Source: Candidatus Rariloculus sp.
GTDB taxonomy: Bacteria; Pseudomonadota; Gammaproteobacteria; Steroidobacterales; Rariloculaceae
DNA length: 64,000 bases
Reading direction: 5' to 3'
Assembly (NCBI RefSeq): GCF_965263005.1
Contig: NZ_OZ253579.1
Span: 1,219,668-1,283,667, forward strand
Both the position numbers and the translations under genes were made by a program. This document shows, piece after piece, positions 43,967 to 51,772 of this stretch. How positions within the stretch are numbered: position 1 is the stretch's first letter; each line of letters opens with the position of its first letter. The notes beneath the pieces were generated by a model. The model made no database searches. It worked only from the letters and a program-made list of their open reading frames with translations, and was not told the DNA's origin.

Positions 43967-43980
43967 AGGAGGCTCGAGGC

Positions 43981-44262
43981 ATGCCCGTCCCGGATTTTCA
44001 ATCATTGATGCTGCCGTCCTTGAAGGCCAGGCTCAAGTGGCGGTGCCGGCGCGGCATGCGCGAGCTCGATGCGGTGCTCGAGGCCTTCGTCGAGAATTCG
44101 TTCGAGGCGCTCGACGAGGAGGATAAGTCGCGATTCGCGACGCTTTTGGAACTGCCGGATCCCGAGCTCTACGGCTACATTTCCGGACGGGCGGAGCCTG
44201 AGGATCGCCATTATGTCCGACTCATCCGATGCATACGGGACAGTCTCGAATTTCGACGCTAA
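43981..44262 (+). CDS. sdhE: FAD assembly factor SdhE (YgfY/CptB, DUF339)
   Basis: LKWRCRRGMRELDAVLEAFVE...LLELPDPELYGYISG matches the SdhE family, including the RGxxE motif. Confidence 0.85.
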   Translation: MPVPDFQSLMLPSLKARLKWRCRRGMRELDAVLEAFVENSFEALDEEDKSRFATLLELPDPELYGYISGRAEPEDRHYVRLIRCIRDSLEFRR

Positions 44263-44626
44263 GCGATCCGCAACGCTTGCACTGTGGTGGGTCGCGCTTC
44301 ACGTATTGCTCTGGTCGACCGCGCTCGCGCTGACGCGGGACATCGTGCCTGGATTGCTCGCGCTCGCCGTTCTCGCCGGGCACGCCGCCGTCCGCTTCCC
44401 GGACTCTCAAGTCGTGCTGACGAGGTCCGGGGATGGCCGCTGGTCGATTCCCGGGCGCGGCTTGTTCGATCTTGCGCTCGGTTCGGGCACGTGCTACTCG
44501 ACGTTGTGGGTGATCCTCGATCTGGCCGGGCAAGATGGCTCGACAAGAGTGTTGCTGCTTCGGGACCAGCTCGGCGCGGCGGACTGGCGGCGGCTTCAGG
44601 TTGCCGTCCGCGAGCCTGAGTCGTAG
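44213..44626 (+). CDS. ygfX: YgfX/CptA-like inner membrane protein
   Basis: 137 aa from ATG 44213, overlapping the sdhE 3' end. Two predicted TM helices (LALWWVALHVLLWSTALAL, VPGLLALAVLAGHAAV). The sdhE-ygfX pairing matches E. coli. The assignment rests mainly on context and topology. Confidence 0.6.
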   Translation: MSDSSDAYGTVSNFDAKRSATLALWWVALHVLLWSTALALTRDIVPGLLALAVLAGHAAVRFPDSQVVLTRSGDGRWSIPGRGLFDLALGSGTCYSTLWVILDLAGQDGSTRVLLLRDQLGAADWRRLQVAVREPES

Positions 44627-44640
44627 CGCGCTCCCCGTTG

Positions 44641-44757
44641 TCGCCGTTCTCGCCGGTCACGCCGCCGTCCGCTTCCCGGATTCCCGAGTCGCGCTGACGA
44701 GGTTCGAGGGCCGCCGCTGGTCGATACCCTGGCGCGGCCTGTTCGATCTTGCGCGCG
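44641..44757 (+). pseudogene. Partial duplicate (~117 bp) of the ygfX-like gene interior, without a start codon
   Basis: 44641-44757 is about 85 percent identical to 44364-44480. Encoded peptides: VAVLAGHAAVRFPDSRVALTRFEGRRWSIPWRGLFDLA versus LAVLAGHAAVRFPDSQVVLTRSGDGRWSIPGRGLFDLA. It begins 14 nt after the ygfX stop. Confidence 0.8.
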
Positions 44758-44872
44758 GATCCTGCCCGGCGGCGGCTGAAGGCCATAGTCCGTGTACCAT
44801 GCTCCCTCATCGCAACACAGCGACGCCTCCAGAATCGGCTACAATCCGTGAAGCAGTGATCGCCTCGATACG

Positions 44873-45520
44873 ATGGGGCGAACTTTTTGGTGCAAGATGC
44901 GGTCTACGGAGAAGCGACACACGGATTCCGCGGTCGGCCGGAAGGGCGGAAAGGCGACTTCCGACCTTGCGCTGATCAGGCGGGTCCAACAGGGCGACAG
45001 GTCGGCGTTCGACTTGTTGGTGCTAAAATATCAGCACAAAATTCTGAAGCTGATCATGCGATATGTCCGCGACCCGTCCGAGGCGCTCGACGTTGCACAG
45101 GAGGCGTTCCTCAAAGCCTACCGCGCTGCGCCGACCTTTCGAGGCGATAGCGCTTTTTATACATGGCTTTATAGGATCGCGATCAACACGGCGAAGAACC
45201 ACCTCGTCGCGGCGCGGCGTCGGCCAGCGACCTTCGACCTCGATCTGCAGGACAACGAACAGTATGAAGTTGCCGCGAAACTGCAGGACATCGATACGCC
45301 GGAAGGCCTGGTGCTCGCCGAGGAGATCCGTTCGGTCATCAACGAGGCGATCAACGGGCTGGCCGACGAACTCAGAACGGCCATCATTCTCCGGGAAATC
45401 GAGGGCATGAGCTACGAGGAGATCGCCCAGACGATGGAATGTCCCGTCGGCACAGTGCGCTCGCGGATTTTCCGCGCTCGCGAGGCCATCGACAGGCAAC
45501 TCGCTCCACTACTCAATTGA
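44873..45520 (+). CDS. rpoE: ECF sigma factor RpoE/AlgU (sigma-24)
   Basis: LIRRVQQGDRSAFDLLVLKYQHKILKLIMRYV...DSAFYTWLYRIAINTAKNHL...CPVGTVRSRIFRAREAI is very close to AlgU/RpoE. The start is ATG 44873 or ATG 44897. Confidence 0.92.
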   Translation: MGRTFWCKMRSTEKRHTDSAVGRKGGKATSDLALIRRVQQGDRSAFDLLVLKYQHKILKLIMRYVRDPSEALDVAQEAFLKAYRAAPTFRGDSAFYTWLYRIAINTAKNHLVAARRRPATFDLDLQDNEQYEVAAKLQDIDTPEGLVLAEEIRSVINEAINGLADELRTAIILREIEGMSYEEIAQTMECPVGTVRSRIFRAREAIDRQLAPLLN

Positions 45521-45524
45521 ACCC

Positions 45525-46124
45525 ATGACAGAACGAATCGAAGATCAAATCTCGGCATTCATCGACGACGAGCTGTCGGCGGAAGAATGCGCTTTCTTCG
45601 TCAGGCGGCTCGACCATGACCCGGCCGCCAGGGACCGGCTGGTCCGGTACGCCAAGATAGGGTCGACGCTGCGGGGCGAATTGCTGTCCCCGGATCCCGA
45701 CGTTCTCCGCCGCAGGCTGCAGGACGCGATGAGCGGCGTCAGCGCGCCGCCGATGCGCAGCAGCACCCTCGGCCGCGGCCTGCGCTCGACACTGCTGAAG
45801 CCGGCCATGGGATTCGGTATCGCGGCCGCAGTTGCGGTCGTCGCGGTACTCACGCTCAGGCTCGTGACGCAGGACGGGCTCGATGCCGTAGCGCTGGGCG
45901 CCGATCAGTCATTGCAGGCGGATGAACGGGCCGACGCGCCGAGTTATGTCGTACCGCAGGTCGTAGAGGCGCGGCGCCTCGTGTCGCCGCCGACACGGTT
46001 GACGCACTATCTCATCCGTCACAGCGAGTACGCGAACCTCGTCCGGCGGAAGTCGTTCCATTCAGACATCGTCGGAACGGCAGATACCGACGTTGCCACG
46101 GCAGGCGAGGAAGTTGCCGAATGA
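45525..46124 (+). CDS. rseA: Anti-sigma-E factor RseA/MucA
   Basis: N-terminal EDQISAFIDDELSAEE (RseA_N pattern) and a central TM helix. Position after rpoE. Confidence 0.78.
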   Translation: MTERIEDQISAFIDDELSAEECAFFVRRLDHDPAARDRLVRYAKIGSTLRGELLSPDPDVLRRRLQDAMSGVSAPPMRSSTLGRGLRSTLLKPAMGFGIAAAVAVVAVLTLRLVTQDGLDAVALGADQSLQADERADAPSYVVPQVVEARRLVSPPTRLTHYLIRHSEYANLVRRKSFHSDIVGTADTDVATAGEEVAE

Positions 46125-47089
46125 TGGCCAGTCGCAAGTACTTCGCGCACGCGTTTGCATTGTTGTTCGGTCTGCTGGCCGTCGAGGCTCACGCACAGGA
46201 CGTGCGGTCATGGCTCACGCGCATGAACAGCGCGATGGAAGCGCTCAACTACGAGGGCACGTTCGTGCACGTCCACGGCGGTAACGCCGAGACGCTGCGC
46301 ATCACCCACCGCAACGACAACGGCCACATCAGCGAGCGCGTCGTGTCGAAGGACGGCGTCCGCCGCGAAATTATCCGGCGGGCGGACGAGGTGCGGGTCA
46401 TTTTGCCGAACCGCCGCGTAGTCCTGCTCGACGAAACGCGCGAGGCGAGTCCGTTGGTGTCGGCGCTACCGAGCTATTCCGAGGTGCTCGAGCCGCACTA
46501 CGAGTTCGCGTTACGCGCGACGGCCAGAAGAGTCGCCGAGCGGCCGACGCAGGTCATCAGAATCCGTCCCAAGGACGAGTTTCGATACGGCTACCGGCTC
46601 TGGCTCGATCAAGACACGGCGATGCCGTTGAAATCGCAACTCGTGGACGAGAACGGCGAGATCATCGAACAGATACTGTTCACGCGTTTCGAGATTTTCG
46701 ACTTCATCCCAGCCGCGCAGCTCGAGTCGACGATCGACACCGAGGGTTTCAAGTTGTTGGCTCCGGCGCGATCGAGGCCCGTCCCCGATGAGGGCGTCCT
46801 GTGGCAGGCATCGATGCTGCCGGGCGGTTTCGCGCTTTCGGTCGCTAACCATGGCCCGCTGGCAGGTTCCGAACACCCGGTCGAGCACCATGTCTACTCC
46901 GATGGGCTGGCGGTCGTTTCGGTGTTTATCGAAGACCCGCAAGCGGAGGCCGAAGTCGCCGAGGGCTTCTCGATGCTCGGCAGCACGAACGCCTTCTCCA
47001 CGACAGTGAGCGGGCGCAAGGTCACAGCGATCGGCGAAGTCCCCTACAAGACGCTGCACCAGATCGCGATTTCCCTCACCGCCGAATAG
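46121..47089 (+). CDS. rseB: Sigma-E regulatory protein RseB/MucB
   Basis: 322 aa with a signal peptide. WLTRMNSAMEALNYEGTFVHV is the typical RseB N-domain. Confidence 0.85.
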   Translation: MMASRKYFAHAFALLFGLLAVEAHAQDVRSWLTRMNSAMEALNYEGTFVHVHGGNAETLRITHRNDNGHISERVVSKDGVRREIIRRADEVRVILPNRRVVLLDETREASPLVSALPSYSEVLEPHYEFALRATARRVAERPTQVIRIRPKDEFRYGYRLWLDQDTAMPLKSQLVDENGEIIEQILFTRFEIFDFIPAAQLESTIDTEGFKLLAPARSRPVPDEGVLWQASMLPGGFALSVANHGPLAGSEHPVEHHVYSDGLAVVSVFIEDPQAEAEVAEGFSMLGSTNAFSTTVSGRKVTAIGEVPYKTLHQIAISLTAE

Positions 47090-47121
47090 GCGAGGCGGCA
47101 GCCATCGACACCACCGACTGC

Positions 47122-47547
47122 ATGACGGTTCGCGCCGTTGTCCGCCGCATGGGCGCTGACGGCGCTCTGGAAATCGAGCTCGACGAATCGCAAGCTTGTC
47201 GCGGCTGTGCCGGAACATGCATGTGGCGCTGGTTTCCGAACGCGACGCGGGCAGTGCTCGCCGCCAACCCGTCCGTTCACTCCGGAATGCCGGTGGACGC
47301 CCCAATGCCCGTACTCGTCTCGCTGCCGCGGCGTTTCGTGCTGTTGAGCGCCGTGTTGCTGCACGGACTGCCGTGGGCCGCTTTACTTGCCGGGGCGCTT
47401 GCGGGCGTCGGCGTGACGGGGACCGATCTCGGTTGTCTGGTCGGCGCCATCACCGGCATCGCGTTCGCTTCGATGCTGACGCCGGGGTTGAGACGCCGCC
47501 TCGAGCGCGCGACGATGCGGCAAGTCATGTTCGAGCCGCTCAGGTGA
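47122..47547 (+). CDS. rseC: RseC/MucC-family (SoxR-reducing system) protein
   Basis: 141 aa. N-terminal Cys motif CRGCAGTC and two C-terminal TM helices. Position after rseB. Confidence 0.75.
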   Translation: MTVRAVVRRMGADGALEIELDESQACRGCAGTCMWRWFPNATRAVLAANPSVHSGMPVDAPMPVLVSLPRRFVLLSAVLLHGLPWAALLAGALAGVGVTGTDLGCLVGAITGIAFASMLTPGLRRRLERATMRQVMFEPLR

Positions 47548-47708
47548 TCGCGCTTACGTTGCGATGCGGCAAGTCATGTTCGAGCCGCTCAGGTGATCGC
47601 GCTTACGTTGCGATGCGCCAAGTGGTGTTCGAGCCGCTCAGGTGATCACGCTTACGTTGTGATGCACCAAGTGATGTTCCAGCCACGCAAGTGATCACGC
47701 TTACGTTG
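47513..47708 (+). repeat. 4 x 49 bp tandem repeat amplifying the rseC-stop / next-gene-start junction
   Basis: Copies at 47513-47561, 47562-47610, 47611-47659 and 47660-47708. Copies 1 and 2 look identical, and copies 3 and 4 are progressively diverged. Each carries ...TTCGAGCCGCTCAGGTGATC.CGCTTACGTTG, i.e. an overlapping GTGA stop/start. Confidence 0.95.
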
Positions 47709-47936
47709 TACAGCCGGCCCGACTGTCATCTATGCGAAGTCATGGCCGAGCAGCTTACGCCGCTCATGCGGGGGCGCGCCGAGTTGCGGGTCGTCGACAT
47801 CAGTCGGGACCGTGCGCTCAAACGCCGTTTTGGTCTCAGGATCCCCGTGCTGACCGGGGTGGACGACGAGCTTTGCCAATACCATCTCGACAGCGAGCGC
47901 GTCGAGCGGTATCTCTCCGGGGCAACGCGAGATTAG
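47691..47936 (+). CDS. Glutaredoxin-like protein (DUF836 / thioredoxin fold)
   Basis: 81 aa. ITLTLYSRPDCHLCEVM (CxxC) ...IPVL... The GTG start lies in repeat copy 4. Confidence 0.7.
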   Translation: MITLTLYSRPDCHLCEVMAEQLTPLMRGRAELRVVDISRDRALKRRFGLRIPVLTGVDDELCQYHLDSERVERYLSGATRD

Positions 47937-48155
47937 CCGGTGATGGCACTCACCCCCGCCGCGCCGCCGGACAAGGCACCGCAATCAATGCCCGGTCCGG
48001 TCCGGCCCGCGCACGCCCGATCATTGCGCGAGCCGCCCGGCACATGGCTTGGCGCGTCGCCGGACGGTCGATCGGGCGCTTCCGGCCTTATTGCGGGTGG
48101 ACCGAAAATGACGAATACTCGCTCACTTCGGATAGCAGCTTAAAGGAATGCAACA

Positions 48156-48935
48156 TTGGATTTCGCGTTGATCCTCGTCGTCGGCACGTTCGCCACGGGA
48201 CTGATCTGGCTGTTCGATTCGCTGGTCCTGAAGCGCTCACGGCGCATTGCGGCCAGCCGCGGCGACAAGGCCACGGAGCCCGCCATCGTCGAATATTCGA
48301 AGTCGTTCTTCCCCATCCTGTTGATCGTATTGGTGCTCAGGTCCTTCCTGTTCGAGCCGTTTCGCATTCCCTCCGGGTCAATGATGCCGACACTGCTCGA
48401 CGGCGACTTCATTTTTGTGAACAAGTTCGCGTACGGGCTGCGTCTGCCCGTCCTCAACAGCAAGATCGTCGAGCTCGGAGCGCCCGAACGGGGCGATGTC
48501 GTCGTCTTCAGGCTGCCTTCCGACCCGTCGATCAACTACATCAAACGAGTGGTCGGACTGCCTGGCGACACCGTCGTTTACGAGGCGAGCAGCAAGCGGT
48601 TGACGATCAATGACGAGCAGATCCCCGTCGAGCCGCTCGGAACCTTCGATGGCGACCCCGGCATCGATCTGGTGCGTGAGGACCTGGGCGGACGCGACCA
48701 CGGGATTCTGCTCAGGCGAGGCGCGATAAGCCCCGGCGGGACATACCAGGTGCCGGAGGGGCACTATTTCGTCATGGGCGACAATCGCGACAACAGCCAG
48801 GACAGCCGCTTTCGGGGCGTCGAGTTCGTTCCCGACAACAATCTCGTCGGCCGGGCCATGCGCGTATGGATGAGCTGGCGCAGTCTGTCTGAAGGCGGAC
48901 CGAGGTGGAGCCGCATCGGCACAAGCATCGAGTGA
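48156..48935 (+). CDS. lepB: Signal peptidase I
   Basis: IPSGSMMPTL (catalytic Ser), YIKRVVGLPGD (Lys box) and GDNRDNSQDSRF. Confidence 0.95.
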   Translation: MDFALILVVGTFATGLIWLFDSLVLKRSRRIAASRGDKATEPAIVEYSKSFFPILLIVLVLRSFLFEPFRIPSGSMMPTLLDGDFIFVNKFAYGLRLPVLNSKIVELGAPERGDVVVFRLPSDPSINYIKRVVGLPGDTVVYEASSKRLTINDEQIPVEPLGTFDGDPGIDLVREDLGGRDHGILLRRGAISPGGTYQVPEGHYFVMGDNRDNSQDSRFRGVEFVPDNNLVGRAMRVWMSWRSLSEGGPRWSRIGTSIE

Positions 48936-48972
48936 GACGGCGCGCGCGAAGTCGCCAGGCCGGCATTGCCGC

Positions 48973-49710
48973 GTGCGCCAGATGAATACGGAAACCGCGG
49001 CTCTCGACCGGGTCCGGTGGGCCGAGGAGCGGCTCGACTATCGCTTCACTGACGCATCCCTGCTCGAACGGGCGTTCACACACCGCAGCGCTTCGCAGCA
49101 CAACAATGAACGCCTTGAGTTCCTCGGCGACGCGCTGCTGAATTTCACTATCGCGAAATGCCTCTACCAGTCGCGGCCGGACGATTCGGAAGGGGAACTG
49201 ACCCGCGCCCGGGCAGCCCTTGTGAACGGGATGACCCTGGCCGAGATCGGCCGGGAGCTTGCGCTCGATACGCAGATCATCCTCGGCCAGGGCGAGGTGC
49301 GGGCCGGGGGCGCGCAGCGCACGGCGGCGCTCGCCGATACGCTCGAAGCCCTGATCGGCGCCGTGTACCTCGACGGCGGTCATGCCGCGGCCGAGCGGCT
49401 CATCCGATCCCTGTTCAGCCGCAAGTTCGAATCGCTGCCGCGCGCGTCGGAGCTCAAGGATCCGAAGACGAGACTGCAGGAGTGGGTGCAAAGACGAGGA
49501 ATGAAGCTGCCGATCTACGCGGTGGACTCCGTGCACGGCAGCGATCACGCCAGGACCTTTGCTGTGACGTGTGACGTCGCAGAGCTTACGGCTCGGACGA
49601 TAGGTATGGGTTCAAGTCGCCGGCGCGCGGAGCAGGACGCCGCGGCCGCGATGCTCCTGGAATTGACGGATGAGCGGAAACAACGCCCCGCGCCTGGAAC
49701 TGACGAATGA
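48973..49710 (+). CDS. rnc: Ribonuclease III (3' end extended by the junction repeat)
   Basis: FTHRSAS, ERLEFLGDALL (RNase III signature) and a dsRBD. The stop is TGA 49708-49710, inside repeat copy 2. Confidence 0.95.
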   Translation: MRQMNTETAALDRVRWAEERLDYRFTDASLLERAFTHRSASQHNNERLEFLGDALLNFTIAKCLYQSRPDDSEGELTRARAALVNGMTLAEIGRELALDTQIILGQGEVRAGGAQRTAALADTLEALIGAVYLDGGHAAAERLIRSLFSRKFESLPRASELKDPKTRLQEWVQRRGMKLPIYAVDSVHGSDHARTFAVTCDVAELTARTIGMGSSRRRAEQDAAAAMLLELTDERKQRPAPGTDE

Positions 49711-49767
49711 GCGGGAATAGCACCCCGCTCCTGGAATCGATGGATGAGCGCGAATAGCGGCCCGCGC
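49657..49767 (+). repeat. 3 x 37 bp tandem repeat amplifying the rnc-stop / era-start junction
   Basis: Copies at 49657-49693, 49694-49730 and 49731-49767. Each reads CTGGAA..GA.G.ATGAGCG..AA.A.C.CCCCGC.C and contains an ATGA. rnc stops in copy 2 and era starts in copy 3. Confidence 0.93.
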
Positions 49768-50646
49768 TCAGGCTATGTGGCCATCGTTGGCCGGCCGAAC
49801 GTGGGCAAGTCGACGCTGCTGAACGCACTCGTGGGCCAGAAGATCAGCATCGTCAGCGCCAAGCCGCATACGACCCGGCACAGTATCCTCGGCGTGTTGA
49901 ACGCGAGCGACGATCAGGCCGTGTTCGTCGATACGCCGGGCCATGCCAGGCGATCGAAGCGCGCAATGCACAGATTGATGGCCCGCGCGTTTCTTCATGC
50001 GGTCGAAGATTGCGATCTCGTGCTGATCGTGATCGACGCGAAGGGCGCAACGGCGGCCGATCGCAAACTGTTCGAATTGCTCAACGACCGCGATGCGCGG
50101 GCGATCGTCGTGTTGAACAAGATCGACAGGCTCCGTGCAAAGTCCAGGCTTCTGCCGCTGCTTGAGGAGCTTGGGCGATACCCGTTTCTCGTGCTCGTCC
50201 CCGTGAGTGCAACGAAGGGTGATAATCTCGATCGCCTGACAGCCGCGATTCTCGAGCACCTGCCCCATGGGCCGCCGTTGTTTCCGAAGGACATGGCGAC
50301 GGACCGAAACGCCGAATTTCGCGCGGCCGAGACCATTCGCGAGAAGCTTTTCGAGCAGCTTCATCAAGAGATCCCTTACGGACTGACGGTCGAAATCGAG
50401 CACTTGAGCAAGGGCGGTGACGGCCGCTGGCTCATGCACGCGCTGATCTGGATCGAGCGCGACGGCCATAAACCGATCGTCATCGGCAAGGATGGGCGTG
50501 TGCTGAGAAGCGTCGGAAGTGCGGCAAGAACCGAGTTGTCTGCGATGCTCGGCGGCAAGGTACATCTTGAACTATGGGTCAAGGTACGTGAGCATTGGTC
50601 CGATAATGAGCGTGAACTGCGTCGACTTGGCTTCGATTCACCATGA
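49744..50646 (+). CDS. era: GTPase Era
   Basis: GYVAIVGRPNVGKSTLLN (G1), DTPG, NKID and a KH domain. Confidence 0.95.
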   Translation: MSANSGPRSGYVAIVGRPNVGKSTLLNALVGQKISIVSAKPHTTRHSILGVLNASDDQAVFVDTPGHARRSKRAMHRLMARAFLHAVEDCDLVLIVIDAKGATAADRKLFELLNDRDARAIVVLNKIDRLRAKSRLLPLLEELGRYPFLVLVPVSATKGDNLDRLTAAILEHLPHGPPLFPKDMATDRNAEFRAAETIREKLFEQLHQEIPYGLTVEIEHLSKGGDGRWLMHALIWIERDGHKPIVIGKDGRVLRSVGSAARTELSAMLGGKVHLELWVKVREHWSDNERELRRLGFDSP

Positions 50647-51374
50647 CTGACCGCGAGCGGGTCCTGCTCGAGCGCGGCTTTGTCCTGCATCACCGGCCCT
50701 TCCGGAACACCAGCCAACTCCTGGAATGTCTGACCTCGGACCACGGCCGCGTGGGACTCGTGGCGAACGGTTCGCGGCGCGCCGGGAAGGGCCAGCGCGC
50801 CTATCTTCAGCCATTTGCGCCGTTGCGCCTGTCGTGGACCCGGCGTGGCGAGCTGGGCCGGCTCACGCAGGTCGAGCCCGAAGCTGCCGGTTTGGCACTG
50901 CGTGGTCAGCGGCTGCTCGCGGGCTATTACATCAACGAACTCGTAATGCGCTTGACAGCGCGCAGCGATCCGAACAGCGACGTATTCGAGTGTTATCGCA
51001 ATTGTCTCTCGGCGCTCGCCGGAAGTGCAGCGCTCGCGCGCACGGTAAGACTGTTCGAGCTGAGTCTGCTGCGCGCGCTGGGTTACGGCTTCGACCTCGA
51101 CCGCGACGCGAGCACGGGCGAACCGCTGCAGCCTGAACGCCGCTATGTATTCGAGCTCGAGCATGGTCCGAAAGCAGCCGTCGACTCGAGCGACGGCGCC
51201 GCCTACTGGGGGCGGGAGCTCATGTCCATTCACAGCCGGTTGCTCGATGACCGGGACAGCCTGAGGGCGGCGAAAAGGCTGCTCGGGCGCGTGCTCGGCG
51301 CGTATCTCGGCCAGCGCCCCCTGAAGACCCGCGCCGTGCTCGAGGACATCGTCGAGCTGGGGCTCGACCATTGA
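50643..51374 (+). CDS. recO: DNA repair protein RecO
   Basis: 243 aa. GFVLHHRPFRNTSQLLECLT... matches the RecO N-terminal OB-fold pattern. Conserved era-recO order. Confidence 0.88.
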   Translation: MTDRERVLLERGFVLHHRPFRNTSQLLECLTSDHGRVGLVANGSRRAGKGQRAYLQPFAPLRLSWTRRGELGRLTQVEPEAAGLALRGQRLLAGYYINELVMRLTARSDPNSDVFECYRNCLSALAGSAALARTVRLFELSLLRALGYGFDLDRDASTGEPLQPERRYVFELEHGPKAAVDSSDGAAYWGRELMSIHSRLLDDRDSLRAAKRLLGRVLGAYLGQRPLKTRAVLEDIVELGLDH

Positions 51375-51772
51375 TTTTTGGAATCGGCACGGATGTGCTC
51401 AGGGTGTCGCGAATCGAGCGGATCTGGACGCGCTTCGGCGACCATTTCGCGCGGCGCCTGCTGCTCGACGAGGAGCTGAGCCTGTTCGCCCGGAGCAAGC
51501 ACCCGGTTCGTTTTCTCGCGATGCGTTTCGCGGCCAAGGAGGCGATCGTAAAGGCCATGGGCACGGGCTTTGCCAACGGCATCTGGATTCGCGACGTGGG
51601 CACAGTGCCCGATGCCCTCGGTCAGCCGCAAGTGGTCTTTTCGGCGCGCGGCAAGGCAATGTGCGAGCGCCTCGGGATCGGCAGCGGCTTCCTGGCGCTG
51701 TCGGATGAAGCCGGCCTCGTCGTTGCCTTCGCGGTTCTGATGCGAAAGGACGCCAAGGCGCAGATCGCGTGA
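51371..51772 (+). CDS. acpS: Holo-[acyl-carrier-protein] synthase
   Basis: (M)IFGIGTDVLRVSRIE... and FAAKEAIVKAMGTG. Confidence 0.9.
   Translation: MIFGIGTDVLRVSRIERIWTRFGDHFARRLLLDEELSLFARSKHPVRFLAMRFAAKEAIVKAMGTGFANGIWIRDVGTVPDALGQPQVVFSARGKAMCERLGIGSGFLALSDEAGLVVAFAVLMRKDAKAQIA

Noticed and set aside
44880-44907. Sigma-E/AlgU-type promoter motif GAACTT-N17-TCTA at the 5' end of rpoE
   Set aside because: It matches the consensus well, but it lies downstream of, or across, both candidate ATG starts (44873, 44897). Downstream, the only in-frame start-like codon I saw is a CTG about 20 codons further on. A transcript starting here could therefore not encode the full conserved RpoE N-terminus. 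It may be coincidental, or the start-codon model is incomplete.
47513-47708. Could the 49 bp repeats be a small CRISPR array?
   Set aside because: The units are directly contiguous with no spacers, the unit is not palindromic like typical CRISPR repeats, no cas genes are nearby, and the sequence is simply the duplicated rseC/next-gene junction.
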